Below, piece after piece: positions 58,368 to 64,000 of a stretch of DNA of 64,000 bases (positions are counted from its first letter, which is position 1; each line of letters begins with the position of its first letter). The DNA comes from a virus (taxonomy: Duplodnaviria > Caudoviricetes), in IMG/VR virus record IMGVR_UViG_2871745582_000001, positions 1-64,000 of that record; one strand, written 5' to 3'. The notes under the pieces were generated by a model. It saw nothing but the letters and a program-made list of their open reading frames with translations, made no database searches and was not told the origin of the DNA. The translations under genes and the position numbers were made by a program.

Positions 58368-59441
58368 ATGTCCAAAAAGCCACTGCTCGTTGCTGTTGAT
58401 GGCGGTTCCGGTAACATTGCGCTGCGTTATTTTGATGATAAAGGTCAGCTGCATACCCACATCCAGCCATCCCTGGTCCGTCGTGGCCAGATGAATACCG
58501 GCAATGCGATGTCCTCTTCCACATGGAGCGTTAAAGACGGCTCAGTTTATTCAGTGGTGACTACGGGCAGAAAAGCCGAGCTGATCAATACCTGCGATCC
58601 GCTTTACCAGACTTCTGACGCGCACCGTGTACTCGTCATCGACGCGCTTTGTAAGGCAGGCCTCGCCGGCCGCGACGTGATTCTGGCTGACACCCTGCCG
58701 GCCTCTCAGTATTACGCAGACAACGGCATCAACACCGCGCTGATCGCCCGCAAACAGGCCTCACTTAAAGAGCCTGTCATTAACTCCTCTGGCACCGTTA
58801 AAGCGCCGCGCGTGCTCGATGTGCTGGTTTATCCGGAATCAGTGCCCGTCTACATTTCCTGTAAGTTCAGCGACTATGAAGGCACCGAAAACCCGGATTT
58901 TGAGGGAATGGAAAACGTCATCATCATCGACATTGGCCGCTTTACCTGCGATATCACGCGGCTCGATAAAGACAACGACATTGTGGATCGCACCACCAGC
59001 GAGAACGGCATTCATCGCATGGTTGAGCGCCTGCACGAGCTACTGCAGGAAGAAGAGACTAAACTCGGCCTGAGTGAGGTTGTTGAGTTCAGCTCAGTCA
59101 CGCTCGACAGCATCATCAAAAACGGCTTCGTCGGCAGCGCCGCGCCTCGCCTGGCTGATAAGCGCATTTACGTTGAAAAGCTCATCCAGCAGGCCGCCAA
59201 TGAGCTGGCGGTCGATATCCGCAACGATCTGCGCGATGTGATTTACAGCACCAAAGAGATTGACGCTCTTATCATCGGTGGCGGCGGCGCCAACTGGCTG
59301 GGCGGCAAGCTGCCACACATTCCTAACCTGTTCGAAGACTGGGCCGACTTTGTTTACATCCCGGATAACCCGGAAGAAGCGGTATCTCGTGGTGTTCACC
59401 TGCTTATGCTTGATGAGCCCTCAGTTAATCCAGAGGAGTAA
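58368..59441 (+). CDS. parM: ParM/StbA actin-like partition ATPase
   Basis: AVDGGSGN, YPES, IDIGRFT and IGGGGA motifs. Confidence 0.85.
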   Translation: MSKKPLLVAVDGGSGNIALRYFDDKGQLHTHIQPSLVRRGQMNTGNAMSSSTWSVKDGSVYSVVTTGRKAELINTCDPLYQTSDAHRVLVIDALCKAGLAGRDVILADTLPASQYYADNGINTALIARKQASLKEPVINSSGTVKAPRVLDVLVYPESVPVYISCKFSDYEGTENPDFEGMENVIIIDIGRFTCDITRLDKDNDIVDRTTSENGIHRMVERLHELLQEEETKLGLSEVVEFSSVTLDSIIKNGFVGSAAPRLADKRIYVEKLIQQAANELAVDIRNDLRDVIYSTKEIDALIIGGGGANWLGGKLPHIPNLFEDWADFVYIPDNPEEAVSRGVHLLMLDEPSVNPEE

Positions 59442-59443
59442 GC

Positions 59444-59929
59444 ATGCAACAACGAAAGACCATCACGTTGAATCTGGCGGGGCTGCTTGAGCAGTCCCCA
59501 GCAGCACAACGATTTTACGAAGACTATACGCAGAATGCCGGACATGCAGTTAAGCGCAACCTTGTGGATCGCATCTTCCGGGCCGGCGCTGTACTCGATG
59601 CGTGCGGGCTGTCAGCCATCGTTAATCTGCTGGACAATGATGTGTTTCAGGCGGCTTCTACAGCTGAGCGACAGGCGATGTTTTTTAAGGCGGCTGAGCT
59701 GGCGGGCGTTATCCCTGCAGCGGCGCCAGTGAAGCAGCGCAAACAGAGTCAGCGGGCAGAAGTTGTTGCAGAAAGCGAGTCGGTAAAGCCAGAAGTTGCG
59801 CCTGAAGAAGTTAAGCCTGAAGTGAAGGAGCCACCAGCCAGCGCTGATAAGCCGGCTACGCCTCGGCGCACTGGCGCAGGTAAGATGTTTTCAAGTTTTC
59901 AGCCCCCTAAAGGCTCTGGCGACGCCTGA
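59444..59929 (+). CDS. Putative ParR-like adaptor
   Basis: Immediately downstream of parM; low-complexity C-terminal tail. Confidence 0.55.
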   Translation: MQQRKTITLNLAGLLEQSPAAQRFYEDYTQNAGHAVKRNLVDRIFRAGAVLDACGLSAIVNLLDNDVFQAASTAERQAMFFKAAELAGVIPAAAPVKQRKQSQRAEVVAESESVKPEVAPEEVKPEVKEPPASADKPATPRRTGAGKMFSSFQPPKGSGDA

Positions 59930-60335
59930 GCACTTCATCCATAAGGTGGCGGCCGGATACACAGGGCTGATGCTCGCGCTGCTCCTTATCATCAACACTC
60001 ATTCGTAACTCTTTAAGAAGGCGCTCACTGTAGCGCCTTGGTCCTCTGCTGCGTCGGTAGAATTCCGGATCCAGTGATTCAATGCGGAAGCGGCGCGGGC
60101 GGCTCGCGTCGAATACCTGAACTGACGAATACTTTGAGGCGGCGATAGAGCGCAGGCGCAAATAGACTTCGCGGCTGTCTACTTCAAGGGTGGGGTGCAG
60201 TCTGGTGAGAATAACGGAGAGTTCGCGGGCGGAGAGCGTCTCGCGCGATGAAATCATGTACTCCGCTATTTCAAACGAAGTGATTTTGTTGTGATGCACG
60301 CGCGGAGCGGCCAGTCCAGCTTTCATAAGAGGCAT
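59907..60335 (-). CDS. lpa: Late promoter activator
   Basis: ITSFEIAEYMI...VYLRL...SRPRRF; C1-like operator at 60463-60479. Confidence 0.85.
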   Translation of the reverse strand: MPLMKAGLAAPRVHHNKITSFEIAEYMISSRETLSARELSVILTRLHPTLEVDSREVYLRLRSIAASKYSSVQVFDASRPRRFRIESLDPEFYRRSRGPRRYSERLLKELRMSVDDKEQREHQPCVSGRHLMDEVLRRRQSL

Positions 60336-60480
60336 CCATGCCGTTTAAGTCAGCGTCCTGCTGACTGTATTGCGTAAGGTGGCTTCCTTGCCGGTTAGGG
60401 TGGCGTCCTGCCTCCCTGTCATCGAGGTGACAGCTGCATAATATATCGCCCTCTAAAAATAGCAATAGATTAGAGCTATT

Positions 60481-61470
60481 TTATTCGCAGCTGATGGCGC
60501 CAACATTCATCGCATAGTTGAAATGCTTCATCCAGTGGGACAGCAGCGAACCATATAACGACACCCATCCATTCGGATCCCTTTTATGCTGCTTATGGCA
60601 ATAGTCGCACATAGGGATGACAAAAACGTCGTGACGGTCCAGCAGCCGATGCTCTGCCTGGTAAGCATGCTCAGCCTTCCGGTTACAGCCGCAACATGGC
60701 CGCGTCAGCGTGAAGTCAATAAATGCCTGGCTACGGAATAACTGCACCTTCGGGTTGCGCATGTATGCCGCGCCCGGATCGGGATCCATTCTCATATGGG
60801 CAACCTTGCCCGCCATATGGGTGACTACCTGTGTGGCTGTTTCGCTCGGCTCAATGTCGCTTTCATACAGTGTGCCGGTTTCTATTTCATCCCTTGGCCG
60901 TGCCAGACTGATGCGGCACAGTTCCTCAGTGAGCGCGTGATGTACGCCGCGCATAGTGGCCCACCAGCACAGCTCCGGAATGCTGACGTCTCGCCCTTCC
61001 GGTATCAGCAACTCTCTTACGACGCGCTCCAGAATGAACAGCGCCTTGTTTTCCTGCAAAAGCGCCTCAATCTCGCCGTGCCCCTTCTCCCTGTAATGAT
61101 TGTCGTGGTGCCAGCACATGCGCGCCATACTGTCACCAAACGGTGATACAGAGCTACCCGGCGAATGAAAGGAGTCATCAGGTGACTGGCACCGGTCTCC
61201 ACCGCGTTTAAGCCACCCGCGAAACCCGCCTTTGCCGCCCGCAGCTTCCAGTACCTGTTCATCATTAAAAAAAGGCGCCAGTTCTTTAACGGCTGCAAGA
61301 GGCTGACTGGCCACCAGCAGGCCGTCAGGCAGCTTGTCCTGCATTTCCCGCTGTACGGGTTCGATAATGAAGCGTTTACCACGCTGCAGGAGCAAAAGCG
61401 TGTCTGGATCGGCCTTGAAGACAGCTATGCCAGCCTGCATTTGGGCAAAAGGGGTAATAATCGCCTTCAT
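60481..61470 (-). CDS. pdcB: DUF968/PdcB-like protein
   Basis: CWHHDNH, PELCWWA and PCCGC motifs; C1 operator at 61480-61496. Confidence 0.75.
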   Translation of the reverse strand: MKAIITPFAQMQAGIAVFKADPDTLLLLQRGKRFIIEPVQREMQDKLPDGLLVASQPLAAVKELAPFFNDEQVLEAAGGKGGFRGWLKRGGDRCQSPDDSFHSPGSSVSPFGDSMARMCWHHDNHYREKGHGEIEALLQENKALFILERVVRELLIPEGRDVSIPELCWWATMRGVHHALTEELCRISLARPRDEIETGTLYESDIEPSETATQVVTHMAGKVAHMRMDPDPGAAYMRNPKVQLFRSQAFIDFTLTRPCCGCNRKAEHAYQAEHRLLDRHDVFVIPMCDYCHKQHKRDPNGWVSLYGSLLSHWMKHFNYAMNVGAISCE

Positions 61471-61563
61471 TATAAATTCCAATTTATTAGAGCTAATATA
61501 TCTACAATAATACTCGAAATTTTCTGCAATAACAGGTCTGACGATGATTTGTAGCGACGCTTT

Positions 61564-61821
61564 TTACACGTTGTGGCTGGTGTGGATAGCGGGGATCAGC
61601 GCTCTGACCATAAAACCTGATTTAGCCATGCCCGCCGCTGCTTCCTTATCCACATCAACCCATTTCCCGGTTTCGTCTCTGTACTGATGGATTACCTCAG
61701 CGAGCAAAACTGAAAGCGCGAGCTCACAGGCTATGTGATCAAACTGGTCCTGCTTCGTTCTCCCCAGTTCCGCCTGATCACGCCTGCCCCTTATACCCTC
61801 AATGAGTTTATGCAGATACAT
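61564..61821 (-). CDS. Hypothetical protein
   Basis: RBS GGAGG. Confidence 0.5.
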   Translation of the reverse strand: MYLHKLIEGIRGRRDQAELGRTKQDQFDHIACELALSVLLAEVIHQYRDETGKWVDVDKEAAAGMAKSGFMVRALIPAIHTSHNV

Positions 61822-61846
61822 TTATGGCCTCCCGCGCAGTGTTTGC

Positions 61847-62065
61847 TTAATGTCTCTGCCCGCCATTTTGCGAAAGCTCCTGATGGCCCGGCGCAACGCA
61901 ACTCTTGCGATCGCTGCTAATCCACCAGTTGTCTTCCTGCGCAGCGCTGGCGCATTCTTTCCAGTCCTCGCCTGTATACTCCGCCCGCGATCTGGCCCCC
62001 ATGGCAAGTGGTGTGCATGTTGCACAGTCGCACACGAGCATCAACACGTAATCTGCCGCTACCAT
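61847..62065 (-). CDS. Small Cys-containing hypothetical protein
   Basis: RBS AGGAG. Confidence 0.5.
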   Translation of the reverse strand: MVAADYVLMLVCDCATCTPLAMGARSRAEYTGEDWKECASAAQEDNWWISSDRKSCVAPGHQELSQNGGQRH

Positions 62066-62318
62066 TTGATCTCCTGATTTTTAGAAAGGCTGGCAGCCAT
62101 GGCCACCAGCAAAGATTTACTGCTTGCGAACGTCTAGGCCAACGCCGCGGGCATTAGTTGAACATGCCGTGCATATTAACAGACCGTGCTCATGCTGTGT
62201 GCCGCAGGGGTATTTCTGGCCCTGATAGGCGATCGTGGCGCCGCAGCTGATCAGGTAAGGATTGTAAGCGCGCTTGGTTTCCGGGCGCTTCGGCGCTGCG
62301 CTGGCCGGCTTTTTGCCG

Positions 62319-62723
62319 TTAACTCTGCTCATTTATCAGCTCTTCAGGGAAATTGACTGTGTCGCCCAGCTGGCGGCGTACCACAGCGCGGCAAATTGCA
62401 ATAAGCACTGTTTCGCCGATACTCCAAACAAAATCCGTCTGGGCGAACCAGGGCTGCTCTGGCGTGGAAAACTCATCAAAACTTTTATCCACCATCATGC
62501 TGAAGCGATCGATAAGCGGCGCGCCCTGGCTGTAATTGCGCGAGGGGTGGAATGGCTCACGGCTACCCCATGGCTCACCATCAATAAGCACCGGCTGATA
62601 CCAGCGCCGCCAATGGCCATCATTATCACGCTGGTCTGGTTTTGGAAGTCCAATAGCGTCGGCGACGGCCCAGTCGAGGGCCGCTCCGGTTAAATCTTCT
62701 GTCTTAATCGTTACTGTCGGCAT
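62319..62723 (-). CDS. NinX/DUF2591-family protein
   Basis: LTGAALDWAVA, PSRNYSQGAPLI and IAICRAVV motifs. Confidence 0.75.
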   Translation of the reverse strand: MPTVTIKTEDLTGAALDWAVADAIGLPKPDQRDNDGHWRRWYQPVLIDGEPWGSREPFHPSRNYSQGAPLIDRFSMMVDKSFDEFSTPEQPWFAQTDFVWSIGETVLIAICRAVVRRQLGDTVNFPEELINEQS

Positions 62724-63337
62724 TTCATCTGCTCATTTACTGCATTTTCGCTCATCGTAGCACGCAGCACAGCCTGAACGACTCGCACACCATTATCGCC
62801 GGTTGAATCCTCAACCAGCTCGCGTAACGCGGCATCTACCTCTGGAAGGTCAGAGATAGCCTGGCAGGCAGCCCAACTATCCGGGAACTCCGGATGGTTG
62901 GATTTTGGGGCCATTTCCTGCGCCAGCGCTTTGTATTGCTCTGCAGTGAGATCAATAGAGCTGTGCTCTACCTGACGCGTTTGCGTTTCGTAACTCGTCA
63001 CCTCGGCGCGGTATTGCTGGCTGGTAACTGAAAATTCCCCGGTTGGCTTAAGATGCAATTCTGCCGGCACGCCAGCGACGCGATCCAGGCGTTCTATTTC
63101 AGCCAAAATTAAAGCGCCGGCTTTTACCAAATCACGACGTGCCGTAGTGGGCTTCCACCATTCCTCTGCCCAAGGCCATTCTTCTGGTGATGGGTGGAGG
63201 TCACTTAACATGGCATAGCAGCCTGCCGCTTTAGCCAATTCACCGTTTACATACTGGTCGTCATATTCTGGTGCCCAGCCTTCCACACTTACCTGGCGCT
63301 GGCGCTCCGCGATCACATCATTCAGTGCTTTGCTCAT
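62711..63337 (-). CDS. Conserved phage protein
   Basis: ERQRQVSVEGW...WPW...RRDLVKAGALILAEIERLDR. Confidence 0.7.
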   Translation of the reverse strand: MSKALNDVIAERQRQVSVEGWAPEYDDQYVNGELAKAAGCYAMLSDLHPSPEEWPWAEEWWKPTTARRDLVKAGALILAEIERLDRVAGVPAELHLKPTGEFSVTSQQYRAEVTSYETQTRQVEHSSIDLTAEQYKALAQEMAPKSNHPEFPDSWAACQAISDLPEVDAALRELVEDSTGDNGVRVVQAVLRATMSENAVNEQMKCRQ

Positions 63338-63678
63338 TCAGTCACCTTTACTGCAATACCATGTCTGGCCAGCGCGCCCACCCACTGCGAATCACGAATT
63401 TCCAGCAGCTGGCCGTATGTTGATTGCGGGAAGTTGGCCTGGGTCTCGTTTTTGATTGGCGCAGTAATGACAGGCATCTCCTGCTGATCCACCAGCAGCG
63501 GATTTGTGGCGGCCAGCATCTGGCTCGCGGCGCCGCGGCGCTGCAGCCGGCGCAGCACCTCGTAAAGCTCAAACGCGTCTGTGCGTTCGTCCCCAATCTC
63601 CAGCGTGCAGGCATGCTGGTGCGCATTGCGAACCAGCTCATCAAGCTGGTCACGGATACTCTGCTTATCGGTCATCAT
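63334..63678 (-). CDS. Hypothetical phage protein
   Basis: Translationally coupled ORF. Confidence 0.55.
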   Translation of the reverse strand: MMTDKQSIRDQLDELVRNAHQHACTLEIGDERTDAFELYEVLRRLQRRGAASQMLAATNPLLVDQQEMPVITAPIKNETQANFPQSTYGQLLEIRDSQWVGALARHGIAVKVTE

Positions 63679-64000
63679 TCAAACTTCCATTTAGCTTCGA
63701 TAATTTCTGAGTTGTCGCCGCGGCATGGGTTATCCAGCTTCATGCCGCCGCAGTGGCCATATTCAACGTCTACAAAGTCGCTGATGTCTTTGTCGGCCGC
63801 ATGATCAGGGACTTCAAGCTCTACAGTCACGATGATGGTTTTCACGGCTTTTCCTCTCTTGATTCGCTGGCAAAAACAGCTTCAACACATTCGATAAAGG
63901 CATTGGCATCCAGGTGCAACAGCCCTTCAGTAGGCTGAAATTCAGGGCTGCGCTCCCAACGCTTAGTGGAATGGTTGAGCACCAAGGAGACATTGAGCTG

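Overview
This 64 kb window is part of a P1-like (Punavirus-type) phage-plasmid from an enterobacterial host; no host chromosomal genes are evident. It carries the P1 morphogenesis module (U, S, R, 16, bplA, pmgA, sit, pmgB, tub, pmgC, bplB, pmgG, 21, 22, 23; 5, 6, 24, 7, 25, 26). It also has an iteron replicon (repA, oriR and incA-like repeats), hrdC, dmt, tci, ban, humD, hicAB, mat, ref, dut, cre with a variant lox site, coi and c1 with many C1 operators, pacAB, lpa with late promoters, and a ParM-type partition pair. The most unusual region is about 51.4-53.75 kb. It is a largely ORF-free RNA cluster behind a C1-operator promoter, with 3 intact tRNAs, degenerate tRNAs, five conserved RNase III-type stems enclosing different loops, and tRNA-shaped shells that interlock with those stems. 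Other notable items are a periplasmic protein sharing a 23-aa motif with the tape measure protein, two GT-A glycosyltransferases, candidate anti-defence nucleotide sponges and an orphan repeat array beside the origin. Gene names come from recalled similarity to P1 proteins plus synteny, not from database searches.
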